This document shows, piece after piece, positions 35,694 through 45,654 of a DNA stretch of 64,000 nt. The notes beneath the pieces were generated by a model. That model did no database searches. It was not told the origin of the DNA and saw only the letters and a program-made list of their open reading frames with translations. Both the position numbers and the translations under genes were made by a program. Within the stretch, counting starts at the first letter, position 1. Each line of letters starts with the position of its first letter. The stretch covers positions 17,315 through 81,314 of the forward strand of contig JAEWZO010000028.1 in assembly GCA_023458415.1 (NCBI GenBank). Direction: 5' to 3'. This DNA is from Bacteroidota bacterium (GTDB taxonomy: Bacteria > Bacteroidota > Bacteroidia > Flavobacteriales > Weeksellaceae).

Positions 35694-37556
35694 TTATCTC
35701 CCTAAAAATATTAATAACACGTTGATGTCAGCGGGCGAAACACCGCTGATTCTTGCTGCTTGGGCAATTGTTTTTGGCTGCACTTTTTGCATTTTTTGTT
35801 TAGCTTCAGCGGACAGCGAAGCAATTTTACTGAAATCGAAATCTTCTGGAATTTTTATTGTTTCTAAACGGTTCAATTTAGCGACATTTTCCTTTTCTTT
35901 TTCTATATAACCTTTATATTTAATATTGATTTCCGCCTGTTCACGTACTTCTTCATTAAATTGGGTGGAGTAGTGCTCAATCACATCTATTTCATCAAGT
36001 TTTTTTAAAGTCATATTCGGCCTTGTTAATATTTGAGCTGCACGGTATGCCTGATCAACAGGGGAGGAGTCAATAGTTTCCAATATTGGATTAATGATTC
36101 CCGGTTTCAATGAGGTTTCTCTCAGAAAACTCTCGAGCTCCTGACTTTTTTCAATTTTTTCCTGAACTTTTCTAAGTCTTTCCTCAGTTGCTAATCCAAG
36201 TTGATGTGATTTTTCAGTAAGTCGGATATCAGCATTATCCTGTCTCAACAGTAGTCTATATTCTGCTCTGGAAGTAAACATTCTGTATGGTTCTTCAGTT
36301 CCTTTGGTGATAAGATCGTCTATTAGAACTCCGATATATGCTTCATCACGGTTCAATATAAATTCTTCCTTATTATGAACTTTATTGTGTGCATTAATTC
36401 CGGCAATAAGTCCTTGTCCTGCAGCTTCCTCATATCCTGTAGTTCCGTTGATTTGTCCAGCAAAATACAGGTTTTTAACTAGTTTTGTTTCCAGTGTATG
36501 GTGTAGTTGAGTAGGAGGGAAGTAGTCATATTCAATGGCATAACCAGGTCGGAAAACTTTTACATTTTCAAATCCAGGAATGTGTCGCATTGCTTTGATC
36601 TGAACTTCTTCTGGTAGTGAGGAGCTAAATCCATTCACATAAATTTCTACAGTTCGCCAACCTTCAGGCTCAACGAAAAGTTGATGTCTTGTTCTTTCGG
36701 CGAAACGGTTGATTTTATCTTCAATACTTGGACAGTAGCGCGGACCAATACTTTGTATAGTTCCGTTGAACATAGGACTTCTGTCGAATCCTTCTTTTAG
36801 AATTTCATGTACAGTTTCGTTGGTGTAAACTATGTGGCAACTCAGTTGTTTTGTGAGTTTTGGAGAATCAAGATAAGAGAATTTACCTGGATTTTCGTCA
36901 CCTTTTTGTTCCTCCATTTTGCTGTAGTCAAGTGATCTTCCATCTACACGTGGCGGTGTTCCTGTTTTCATTCTTCCTGCTTCAAAACCTAAAGAAACCA
37001 GCTGTTCAGTAATCCCAAACGCACGAGGTTCACCCATACGTCCGCCGCCAAGTTGCTTGTCACCTACATGAATTAATCCGTTAAGGAATGTTCCGTTAGT
37101 TAGTACAACCGATTTTGAACGTATTTGAATTCCGAGTGATGTAACTACCCCAACAGCTTTACTGTTTTCGATTATGAGGCTTTTCACCATATCTTGGAAA
37201 AAATCAAGATTTGGTGTGTTTTCCAATGCTAATCTCCATTCTTCAGCAAACATCATACGGTCGTTTTGTGTACGAGGTGACCACATTGCAGGACCTTTCG
37301 ACAGATTAAGCATTTTAAACTGAATCGCTGATTTATCTGCTATTATCCCGGAATATCCGCCCATTGCATCAATTTCTCGTACAATCTGGCCTTTAGCTAT
37401 ACCGCCCATTGCCGGATTGCAGCTCATTTGACCAATGGTCTGCATATTCATTGTAACCAACATGGTTTTAGAACCTAGATTTGCTGCAGCCGCCGCCGCT
37501 TCGCAACCTGCATGTCCTGCTCCAACTACAATAACGTCGTATATTTCGTTAATCAT
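35694..37556 (-). CDS. mnmG: tRNA uridine 5-carboxymethylaminomethyl modification enzyme MnmG (GidA)
   Basis: 620 aa with YDVIVVGAGHAGCEAA, SCNPAMGGIAKG and GQINGTTGYEEAAGQG. Confidence 0.97.
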   Translation of the reverse strand: MINEIYDVIVVGAGHAGCEAAAAAANLGSKTMLVTMNMQTIGQMSCNPAMGGIAKGQIVREIDAMGGYSGIIADKSAIQFKMLNLSKGPAMWSPRTQNDRMMFAEEWRLALENTPNLDFFQDMVKSLIIENSKAVGVVTSLGIQIRSKSVVLTNGTFLNGLIHVGDKQLGGGRMGEPRAFGITEQLVSLGFEAGRMKTGTPPRVDGRSLDYSKMEEQKGDENPGKFSYLDSPKLTKQLSCHIVYTNETVHEILKEGFDRSPMFNGTIQSIGPRYCPSIEDKINRFAERTRHQLFVEPEGWRTVEIYVNGFSSSLPEEVQIKAMRHIPGFENVKVFRPGYAIEYDYFPPTQLHHTLETKLVKNLYFAGQINGTTGYEEAAGQGLIAGINAHNKVHNKEEFILNRDEAYIGVLIDDLITKGTEEPYRMFTSRAEYRLLLRQDNADIRLTEKSHQLGLATEERLRKVQEKIEKSQELESFLRETSLKPGIINPILETIDSSPVDQAYRAAQILTRPNMTLKKLDEIDVIEHYSTQFNEEVREQAEINIKYKGYIEKEKENVAKLNRLETIKIPEDFDFSKIASLSAEAKQKMQKVQPKTIAQAARISGVSPADINVLLIFLGR

Positions 37557-37575
37557 TCTTAACTGATTTTAGTAA

Positions 37576-37591
37576 TGTTTCACGTGAAACA
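37576..37591. other. parS centromere-like site (second perfect copy)
   Basis: An identical TGTTTCACGTGAAACA lies 19 nt upstream of the mnmG ATG. The 19-nt string AATGTTTCACGTGAAACAT is shared with the first copy. Confidence 0.75.
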
Positions 37592-37705
37592 TAATCTATT
37601 AAAATTATAGAAAACCTCATTAAAGTCCCGATTTAAGCAATGTTTAAGCTCTTTTTATGAAAACAAAAAAGCGAGTGCGGAAAGCGGGACACAACTACAA
37701 ACAAT

Positions 37706-38113
37706 TTATCTCGCAGCCAAATAAAAATCTTCTTTACTTCGCATTAGTTGAACTTCTTCTTCTGTTTTATCTTTATAGCCACAGAGGTGTAAAATTCCAT
37801 GTGCAAGTACCCTATGAAGTTCAGAATCAAATTCTTTAGACAGGGAACAAGCATTGTCTAAAATGCGCGGCAAAGATACAAAAATATCTCCCGAAATCAT
37901 TTTCCCCTTTACGTAGTCGAAAGTGATGATATCGGTGTAGTAATCATGCTGTAAAAAATCCTGATTTACTTTAAGGAGATATTCATCATCACAGAAAATA
38001 TAGTTGATTTCTCCAGTTTTTTTCTGTTCTGAATGAATAATATTTTCCAGCCAGAGAAGGGTAGAGGAGGGAATTTTCAAAGGTTCAATATTTTCGAAAT
38101 GTAAATGTATCAT
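37706..38113 (-). CDS. ybeY: rRNA maturation endoribonuclease YbeY
   Basis: 135 aa with the zinc motif HGILHLCGYKD. Confidence 0.92.
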   Translation of the reverse strand: MIHLHFENIEPLKIPSSTLLWLENIIHSEQKKTGEINYIFCDDEYLLKVNQDFLQHDYYTDIITFDYVKGKMISGDIFVSLPRILDNACSLSKEFDSELHRVLAHGILHLCGYKDKTEEEVQLMRSKEDFYLAAR

Positions 38114-38115
38114 TA

Positions 38116-40281
38116 TTAAAACCAGTGTCCTAGAATTACGCTGAGAACACCGTTGTTGTTATTGAGAGAATGGCTGTAATTCAGTTTAATCTGACCGAAT
38201 GGCGATTTGTAACCAGCAGTAATTCCAACAGAAGATTCGGAAATGTGAATAATATCGTCGACTTTCTGATCCTCAAATATATTGGCGATAGCGAAATGAG
38301 CTGTAACAAAATAGTTCCGGTAAACATTGAATTGGAAAGCATTTTGGGCTGTAAGGAGGTTTTTTCCTCCGATTTGTCCAAATTCATAACCGCCGAATGA
38401 TGCAAAATTATTGAGATTCTGCTCGAATATTCCACCAATCCTATACAAATAATAATGACTCACATTTTCTCCGGTCGATAGTCCAGCAAAAAATCCTAAT
38501 TGGTAGGTTAACCACTTTGTTAAAGGAAAGTTGGCTTTCAAATCCGCTTTGATCTGCAGTGAGTTTCCTTCGTTTTCATCATCAAAAAGATCTAACATTT
38601 TTCCTTCTGCGTGTAAGTACCATCCTTTTTTAGGAAAATCCTTATCGTCTTGTGTATCAGTTTTTATGAAAACATACGGATTAATGAAATTTTCAGAGTT
38701 AGCGTAGTCGCCTTGAATACCAATTTTAGAATCATAGTAATCATGGCTTAAACCACCACCAATTGCATATTTATCTCTCCAAACAGACTGTAGAAATACT
38801 TCGTTCCGGAACCAGTTCCACTTCTCAAAAATATTGGAATTAATATCTTTCAAATCAAGTGACATTCCGGAAGCGTACATTCCAAAACCCGGAATATAGC
38901 CGTTATCAATAAAATAATTGAAATAATATCTTGGTTTATCGCCTACAACCAAATCAAGAGAAACTGTTGAATTAGGGAACAGCAAGCGTTTTGCAGTGGC
39001 GTTTACCAAAAGTCCTGTCTTGAAAAGTTCGTCATAATGAAGGCCAAACTTCAGAAAGAAACGGGTGTCGTCTTCGGTTACGGTAAGGTGAAGCAGATTT
39101 TTATCGTTGACCCGTGTAATATCGTAGTTAATCAGCGTATAATTGTTGGTAGCGTAAAGTTTGTCAATCATTTTATTGATGGAACCGTACGTCTGAACCG
39201 ATGGCAATCGCAGATTCATTTTACCCAGAACGTAGTTTTCTCCAAAAATTTCGTTGTTCTGAAGCGAAAGACTGTCGATTTTGTAAACGTTGGAATAGAC
39301 AGTGTTAATCGGTGCACGAAGAACAGTTTCATCACGTTTCGGAAGTTGATTTAGTACCGGAACATATTCTTTGGCTTCCTGAAAACCTAAATCAAGTATT
39401 TTTTTCTTTGCGTCGTAACTTGTTGCATTCATACCGGTTAGATCGGGATGAATATTGATGTCAGTATATTTATATTGGTTCTGCGTTTCTTTCTGAATCC
39501 CGAAATCAATCACCTGATTTAGAATTGAAATAACCGACTGCAGATCAGATCTGTCTGCTAATCCCTGACTTAAATCAACGCCAATCACAATATCGATTCC
39601 TTTATCTTTCAATGGTTTTGAAGGATAATTCACGGTCATTGCGCCGTCAATATATAGAGAATCACCGATTTTCACAGGATCCATTAAACCGGGAAACGCA
39701 GAACTCGCCATAATCGCCTGGACAAGATCTCCCTTTTCAAAAACTTCCATTTTTCCGCTCTCCAGGTTGGTTCCAATGCACATAAAAGGAATAGGGAGGT
39801 TAGAAAAGTCTTCTATTGTTGAAACGTTTTTAAAAAGTTCTTTCAGCAAATAAATATTTTTCTGCCCTGTAGAAATCGCTTTTGGTAAAACATTCACTTT
39901 CCCGTCTTTTATCGGAACATTCAGGATGTACTTATCAACAGATTTGTTAAAAAAAGTAGATTCCCTTCTTGGTTTTTCGTTGGCGATAATGTTGTAAAAA
40001 TCAGTTTCGAGAACTATTTTTTCAATTTCTTTTCCGGAGTAACCGGAAGCGTAAAGACCACCCACAATAGCGCCCATGCTTGTTCCGGAAATATAATCGA
40101 TTTTAACGCCTAAAGAATCCAGGATTTTCAGAGCTCCGATGTGTGCAAAACCTTTGGCTCCACCACCAGATAAGGACAAACCGATTTTTGGGTTCTTGGG
40201 AATAACAAAACTTTCTTTCACCTGCGCATTCAACTGAAAAAGGCAGAAAATAAAAACAAGTAAAAGGAGGCGTTTAAACAT
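38116..40281 (-). CDS. Patatin-like phospholipase fused to an Omp85/BamA-like beta-barrel (PlpD/type Vd-like)
   Basis: 721 aa with a signal peptide, the patatin motifs GGGAKG, GTSMGA (Ser) and DGA (Asp). The C-terminal half is rich in alternating aromatic/G residues and ends ...LGHWF. Confidence 0.85.
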   Translation of the reverse strand: MFKRLLLLVFIFCLFQLNAQVKESFVIPKNPKIGLSLSGGGAKGFAHIGALKILDSLGVKIDYISGTSMGAIVGGLYASGYSGKEIEKIVLETDFYNIIANEKPRRESTFFNKSVDKYILNVPIKDGKVNVLPKAISTGQKNIYLLKELFKNVSTIEDFSNLPIPFMCIGTNLESGKMEVFEKGDLVQAIMASSAFPGLMDPVKIGDSLYIDGAMTVNYPSKPLKDKGIDIVIGVDLSQGLADRSDLQSVISILNQVIDFGIQKETQNQYKYTDINIHPDLTGMNATSYDAKKKILDLGFQEAKEYVPVLNQLPKRDETVLRAPINTVYSNVYKIDSLSLQNNEIFGENYVLGKMNLRLPSVQTYGSINKMIDKLYATNNYTLINYDITRVNDKNLLHLTVTEDDTRFFLKFGLHYDELFKTGLLVNATAKRLLFPNSTVSLDLVVGDKPRYYFNYFIDNGYIPGFGMYASGMSLDLKDINSNIFEKWNWFRNEVFLQSVWRDKYAIGGGLSHDYYDSKIGIQGDYANSENFINPYVFIKTDTQDDKDFPKKGWYLHAEGKMLDLFDDENEGNSLQIKADLKANFPLTKWLTYQLGFFAGLSTGENVSHYYLYRIGGIFEQNLNNFASFGGYEFGQIGGKNLLTAQNAFQFNVYRNYFVTAHFAIANIFEDQKVDDIIHISESSVGITAGYKSPFGQIKLNYSHSLNNNNGVLSVILGHWF

Positions 40282-40282
40282 T

Positions 40283-42727
40283 CTAATTTTTTATATAAAT
40301 TCTTTTTACACGGCGCGATATAGAAGTAAGAACTTCGTAAGGTATTGTTTTACAGTATTCTGCAAAATCTTCCAATGTTGGATTTCCGTTGAAGATGATT
40401 ACTTCATCGCCATCCTGTGCAGCGTCTTCACCGATATCAATCATCATCATATCCATACAAACATTTCCTACAATTGGGAAAATATTTTTTCCAATTCCTA
40501 CATAGCCGTTTCTATTCCCAATCAAACGAGGAATTCCGTCTGCATATCCAACGGGAATTGTAGCTATTTTTGTATTATTCTCTGCTTTAAATTTACGGTT
40601 GTAACCAATAGATTCACCTTTCTTAACCTCCGAAATTTGTGAAATAACAGTTTTGAAACTTACAGCATTGGTAAGATATTTTTTTACCTCCGGATTAGAG
40701 GAAACTCCAACCATTCCGATGCCGATTCGAACCATATCAAACTGATAATCAGTAAAATTGACTATTCCGGAAGTATTTAGAATGTGTCGGACCGGTTGGT
40801 ATCCTAAACCTGAAATCAGCTTCTCGGAATTTTCAGTAAATATTTTTATTTGCTCTAAACTGTATTCATTTTCGCTGCTGTCGTCGGCTGAGGAAAGATG
40901 ACTGAAAATCGATGCAACTTTTACGTTGTAACTTTTCAATTTTTGAATAAGGTCATCCAATTCATTTTCCTTAAAGCCAAGACGATGCATGCCTGTTTCC
41001 AGTTTAATATGAATAGGATAGCCCGACTGAATTCCTTTCTGTGTGAGTTGTTCTGCAAAAAGATCAAGAACGCGGAAGCTGTAGATTTCCGGTTCAAGAT
41101 TGAAGTCAATAATGCTGCTGTAACTATGCTGCTCCGGATTCATTACCATGATCGGTGTTGTAATTCCATTTTTTCTGAGATCAACACCTTCGTCTGCATA
41201 TGCAACACCCAGATAATCAATATGATGATGTTGAAGGAATTCGGCAATTTCATAACCGCCCAAACCGTACGAATATGCTTTCACCATCGCCATCATTTTG
41301 GTTTCAGGCTTCAGTAAAGATTTATGAACGTTGATATTGTGAAGTATTGAATTCAAATTGACTTCCAAAACGGTATCATGTTTTTGTAATTCCAGATGGC
41401 TTTTTACTTTATCAATCGCAAACTTTCTGGCTCCTTTCAACAGAATAAGTTCATTCTCAATTCGGTTTATCTGTTGATTTTCAATCAGTTGTTTTGTGTT
41501 TTCGAAGGTATACGTTTCCGAATTAAATAGTGCTGCATGCTTCGTAATTTCATCACCCACTAAAAAGATTTTGCTGAAATTCTGCTTGTTGGTAAGGTCT
41601 GCAACTTGTTCGTAAAGTTCATCTGAATTTTTTCCCTCTACGAAATCGGTAAGAACTAAACTTTTCTTTTGCTTTTGATATTCTTCAATAAACTGAAATG
41701 CAATCTTCAACGAATCTAAATCAAGATTAAAAGAGTCATTGATAATCAGATTATTACGAAGTCCGTTAACGCTTTCCAAACGCATTTCGATTGCTTTTAG
41801 CGCGTCAAGTTTTTCGATAATTTTCGAATTGTTATAGTTCAGTTCTTTCAGGACTGCAACAACGCATAAGGCGTTTCGTAAACTCGCTTCACTCCTCTGA
41901 ATAATTTCAAGTTGAAATTTGCTGTTATGCGCAGTTATTTCAACCAGAGAGGTTTTATCTTTCCAATTGTTAGAAATGTAAATGTCATTATGATCAGAAA
42001 GGCCAAATGAGATTAGTTTTCTATTTGAATAAAGTTCTCTAATTCTCCTTTCAATCGTAGGATTATCACCATTATAGATTATCGACTCTGAATTTTTGAA
42101 AAGCTTTAATTTTTCTTCTAAAATTTCTTCTTCTGATGCGAAGTTCACTTCATGAGCATGCCCGATATGTGTTAAAATACCAATTTGTGGAGAAAAGATA
42201 TTTTCAAGAATATCCATTTCTCCAGGCTTTGAAATACCTACTTCAAAAATTCCGAGTTCATGTTTTGGCTTGATTTGTAAAAGGGAAATTGGCAAGCCAA
42301 GTTGAGAGTTAAAACTTTTCGGACTTTTCACACATCGGAAATCCTCCCAGAGACTTTGGTAAAGCCATTCTTTCACAATGGTTTTGCCGTTACTTCCGGT
42401 GATTCCGATGGTTTTCAGTTGATAATGTTCCAGATGTTTTTTTGCTAATTTCTGGATGAAATCCATCGTATTTTCAACAATAAGCCAGGATTCGGCTTCC
42501 GTTTCCGGATGATATTTTTCGGAAATAATAACTTTAATACCCTTTTCAATTGCGGATTCAATGTATTTTTCTCCTGAATTTTTCGTTGTATTAATCGCCA
42601 GAAATGCAGTATCGGCTGCCGAAAATATCGTCCGGCTGTCAAAAGCAAGGTGTTTTACTGTGATATTTGCATCGCCAATCAGTTGTGCTCCTGTAAGGTC
42701 TGCAAGTTGTTGTGTTGTGTAATTCAT
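40283..42727 (-). CDS. Bifunctional UDP-MurNAc-tripeptide--D-Ala-D-Ala ligase (MurF) / alanine racemase (Alr)
   Basis: 814 aa. The N-terminal half is a Mur ligase (GITGSNGKT), and the C-terminal ~370 aa is an alanine racemase ([15 protein letters not shown]-lysine region, PVGYADG). Confidence 0.88.
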   Translation of the reverse strand: MNYTTQQLADLTGAQLIGDANITVKHLAFDSRTIFSAADTAFLAINTTKNSGEKYIESAIEKGIKVIISEKYHPETEAESWLIVENTMDFIQKLAKKHLEHYQLKTIGITGSNGKTIVKEWLYQSLWEDFRCVKSPKSFNSQLGLPISLLQIKPKHELGIFEVGISKPGEMDILENIFSPQIGILTHIGHAHEVNFASEEEILEEKLKLFKNSESIIYNGDNPTIERRIRELYSNRKLISFGLSDHNDIYISNNWKDKTSLVEITAHNSKFQLEIIQRSEASLRNALCVVAVLKELNYNNSKIIEKLDALKAIEMRLESVNGLRNNLIINDSFNLDLDSLKIAFQFIEEYQKQKKSLVLTDFVEGKNSDELYEQVADLTNKQNFSKIFLVGDEITKHAALFNSETYTFENTKQLIENQQINRIENELILLKGARKFAIDKVKSHLELQKHDTVLEVNLNSILHNINVHKSLLKPETKMMAMVKAYSYGLGGYEIAEFLQHHHIDYLGVAYADEGVDLRKNGITTPIMVMNPEQHSYSSIIDFNLEPEIYSFRVLDLFAEQLTQKGIQSGYPIHIKLETGMHRLGFKENELDDLIQKLKSYNVKVASIFSHLSSADDSSENEYSLEQIKIFTENSEKLISGLGYQPVRHILNTSGIVNFTDYQFDMVRIGIGMVGVSSNPEVKKYLTNAVSFKTVISQISEVKKGESIGYNRKFKAENNTKIATIPVGYADGIPRLIGNRNGYVGIGKNIFPIVGNVCMDMMMIDIGEDAAQDGDEVIIFNGNPTLEDFAEYCKTIPYEVLTSISRRVKRIYIKN

Positions 42728-43311
42728 TGCTGTTTTCTGGACATTTCTTCATTAAAAACGCTTCTGCTTACAGCTTCGTAACTTTCGGTTTCTCCAAGTT
42801 CAACAAGATCTTTGCTTTCAGTCGTTCTCATCGAATAGTGCGCGAGATTTCCGGTACGTCTGCAAATCGCATGAACTTTCGTTACATATTCTGCTGTGGC
42901 CATCAGGTTTGGCATCGGTCCGAACGGACGACCCAAAAAATCCATATCAAGTCCTGCTATTACAACACGCACGCCACTGTTCGCCAGCTGATTCGCCACA
43001 TCCACAATTCCCTCATCAAAAAACTGAGCTTCATCAATCCCTACAACATCACAGGTTGAGCCCAACAGCAAAATTTCGTTGGAACTTTCTACCGGTGTAC
43101 TGCGGATTTTATTGTGATTGTGCGAAACAACTTCTTCCTCATCATAGCGTGTATCAATCTTCGGTTTGAAGATTTCTACATTTTGGCCGGCCATTTCAGC
43201 ACGTCTTAATCTGCGGATAAGTTCTTCGGTTTTTCCCGAAAACATCGAGCCGCAAATCACTTCCATCCAGCCGCTTTGTTTGGCGTGATTTATTGTGTTT
43301 TCTAAAAACAT
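42724..43311 (-). CDS. tdk: Thymidine kinase
   Basis: 195 aa with the P-loop [12 protein letters not shown], then [10 protein letters not shown] and the C-terminal zinc ribbon region. Confidence 0.93.
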   Translation of the reverse strand: MFLENTINHAKQSGWMEVICGSMFSGKTEELIRRLRRAEMAGQNVEIFKPKIDTRYDEEEVVSHNHNKIRSTPVESSNEILLLGSTCDVVGIDEAQFFDEGIVDVANQLANSGVRVVIAGLDMDFLGRPFGPMPNLMATAEYVTKVHAICRRTGNLAHYSMRTTESKDLVELGETESYEAVSRSVFNEEMSRKQQ

Positions 43312-43340
43312 TTGTTAATTTAGCAGTAATATTGTAGAGT

Positions 43341-43348
43341 CAAAATTA
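43341..43348 (-). promoter_or_regulatory. -7 element (TAATTTTG on the minus strand) for the tdk-murF/alr-patatin-ybeY string
   Basis: Exact TAnnTTTG match 29 nt upstream of the tdk ATG. Confidence 0.4.
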
Positions 43349-43371
43349 CACAAATTTTAAGTAGATTAAAC

Positions 43372-44259
43372 ATGCAGAACGTTCAGGAGTTGCAGGAGAA
43401 AATATTTTTTGAAGTTCAGAGTATTCTGGAAAGTCTTTCAAAAATCAGTACAAAAGAAGAATTGCTCACTAAGCAGGACCTCTTTTCGGAAGTAACCGAC
43501 AGAATTGCTTTTTTGAGAATTCTGGAAAAAAACAAGGATAGCTTTGTGTCTGAAGAAACGACGCAATCATTTGATAATCAGGAAATAAACAATGATTTTG
43601 ATTTGAACGAAAGCGATGATGAGTACGACAATCAGCATGAAGATATACTTGAAGAAGAAGTACGTTTTACGAATGAACTGAATGACATTCAGGAAGATGA
43701 AATTGCAGCGGAACCAGAAGATAAAGAACCGGAAGTAGAAGAAGTATTTTTCAATACTTCAAATACTGAATATGACGAAAACGGAGGAAAAATTCTTGAA
43801 ATAGAGAAAGAGCAGGAAGTTACGGATGTGGTTCATGAACCGTTCGCAGAAACTAAGGTTGAACCTGTATCGGGAGATAAGAAATTTAAACTTGCACATA
43901 TCAAAGGCCTTAAAGCTGTAGAAAAAATTATTGCGGATGTTCCATTAGACGATCCAGAAAATGAAATTCAAATTGAGAAAGGTAGCCTTCTGAAAGCAAA
44001 TGTTTCCACCGATTATATGGAAGCTGAAAAACCAAAACCTGAATTCCGGTTGGATTTGAATGACAAAGTGGCTTTCACAAAATTGCTCTTTAATGGAGAC
44101 GAAGCTGATTTGAAATCAACTGTAGAAAAACTGAACAGTTTTGCCGATTTGGAAGACGCAAAAAGATATCTCAGCGACATTTATTACGAGAAAGACTGGA
44201 AGAAAGTAGACGAGTATGCACAACGGCTGTGGATGCTTGTAGAGAACAAATTTCAGTAA
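43372..44259 (+). CDS. Hypothetical acidic protein
   Basis: 295 aa with a strongly D/E-rich middle section (NESDDEYDNQHEDILEEE, EPEDKEPEVEE) and a better-ordered C-terminal ~110 aa. I recognise no motif. Confidence 0.7.
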   Translation: MQNVQELQEKIFFEVQSILESLSKISTKEELLTKQDLFSEVTDRIAFLRILEKNKDSFVSEETTQSFDNQEINNDFDLNESDDEYDNQHEDILEEEVRFTNELNDIQEDEIAAEPEDKEPEVEEVFFNTSNTEYDENGGKILEIEKEQEVTDVVHEPFAETKVEPVSGDKKFKLAHIKGLKAVEKIIADVPLDDPENEIQIEKGSLLKANVSTDYMEAEKPKPEFRLDLNDKVAFTKLLFNGDEADLKSTVEKLNSFADLEDAKRYLSDIYYEKDWKKVDEYAQRLWMLVENKFQ

Positions 44260-44277
44260 GCGATAAACAGAAATTTT

Positions 44278-45654
44278 ATGATTAAAAACATCTCCGATTT
44301 CCGGAATGTATTTTTTATTGGTGTTGCAGGAGTGGGCATGAGCGCCATTGCGCAATATCTGAAAGGAATCGGAAAAAATGTTTCCGGTAGCGACCGTTAT
44401 TTTCATCCAGAAGAGTACAATAAAACCAAAGAACTTCTTGAAAAAGAAGGAATTGAATGTTTTCTACAGGACGGTAGTGGAATCACAGAAAGTACAGATT
44501 TGGTCGTGGTTTCTACGGCGATTGAAGATACGGTGTATGAAGTGCAGAAAGCCAAAGAACTCAATATTCCCATCATCAAGCGAAGCGAACTATTAGCAAT
44601 TATTTCTGATAGTAAGAAAACAATCGCAATAGCCGGAACTTCCGGTAAATCCACAACAACAGCGATGTTGTACCAGATTATGGTCGATGCGGGCCTTGAA
44701 CCAAGTATTATTTCCGGAGCCGGACTTACAAGAATTATCCGCGAAGGAAAAATTGGAAATGCCGCTGTTGGAAAAGGAGATTGGTTGTTAATTGAGGCCG
44801 ATGAAAGCGATGGTTCCGTGGTGCAGTATCGTCCGGAAATAGGACTTTTATTGAATATCGATAAAGACCACCAGGAAATAGAAGAATTGATTGATTTGTT
44901 TTCCACTTTTAAAACTAACACAAAGGGTTTATTTATTGTAAATCAGTCAAATACGTTGGCAAGAACTTTGTCTGAAAACTCACAGCACGACTTTGGCTTT
45001 AAGAACGATGAAGCAAAGTTTAATATCACAGATTTTCAACAAAACGGTTTTGAATTGAGTGTTGAAATTCTAGGTCAGAAATTTCAGATGAATTCCATAG
45101 GAATACACAGCGCAGAAAATGCAGCCGCTGCAATCGCTGTTGCCAATTTGGTTGGTGTTGATTTGGAAACCTGCGCAAACAGTCTGAAAAATTACGAAGG
45201 AATTTACCGTAGACATCAGATTTTGGGTGAGAAGAACGGAATTTGGGTAATTGATGATTATGCGCACAATCCTGCAAAATGTGCAGCTTCAATTAAAGCC
45301 TGTCAACCGTTAGCAGATAAAGTAGTTGCTTGGTTTCAACCTCACGGTTACGGACCGACCAGATTTTTGAGAAATGATTTTGTGGAAGAAATCTCGGCCG
45401 CGCTTCGACCGCAGGACGAAATCTGGATGAGCGAAATCTTCTACGCCGGAGGAACTGCTGTGAAAGACATCTCTGCAAATGATTTAATTGAAGATATAAA
45501 AGACAACGGTAAGAAAGCCTTTTTTGTGGAACATCGTGACGAGTTTCAGGATAAAGTACGGCCACATTTAGGGGAAAACTCTGTTCTTCTTTTGATGGGC
45601 GCGCGCGATCCAAGTTTGGAAGAATTTTGTAAAAATGTATTCGAAAACTTATAG
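44278..45654 (+). CDS. Mur ligase family protein, MurC/Mpl-like
   Basis: 458 aa with a MurC-type N-terminus (FIGVAGVGMSAIAQYLKGIGKNVSGSD), the P-loop GTSGKSTT, EADESDGS and DDYAHNP. Confidence 0.8.
   Translation: MIKNISDFRNVFFIGVAGVGMSAIAQYLKGIGKNVSGSDRYFHPEEYNKTKELLEKEGIECFLQDGSGITESTDLVVVSTAIEDTVYEVQKAKELNIPIIKRSELLAIISDSKKTIAIAGTSGKSTTTAMLYQIMVDAGLEPSIISGAGLTRIIREGKIGNAAVGKGDWLLIEADESDGSVVQYRPEIGLLLNIDKDHQEIEELIDLFSTFKTNTKGLFIVNQSNTLARTLSENSQHDFGFKNDEAKFNITDFQQNGFELSVEILGQKFQMNSIGIHSAENAAAAIAVANLVGVDLETCANSLKNYEGIYRRHQILGEKNGIWVIDDYAHNPAKCAASIKACQPLADKVVAWFQPHGYGPTRFLRNDFVEEISAALRPQDEIWMSEIFYAGGTAVKDISANDLIEDIKDNGKKAFFVEHRDEFQDKVRPHLGENSVLLLMGARDPSLEEFCKNVFENL

Noticed and set aside
37657-37839. 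60-aa plus-strand ORF in and beyond the mnmG-ybeY spacer.
   Set aside because: Two thirds of it is antisense to ybeY, it has no motif, and its hydrophobic stretch is an artefact of the ybeY reverse frame.
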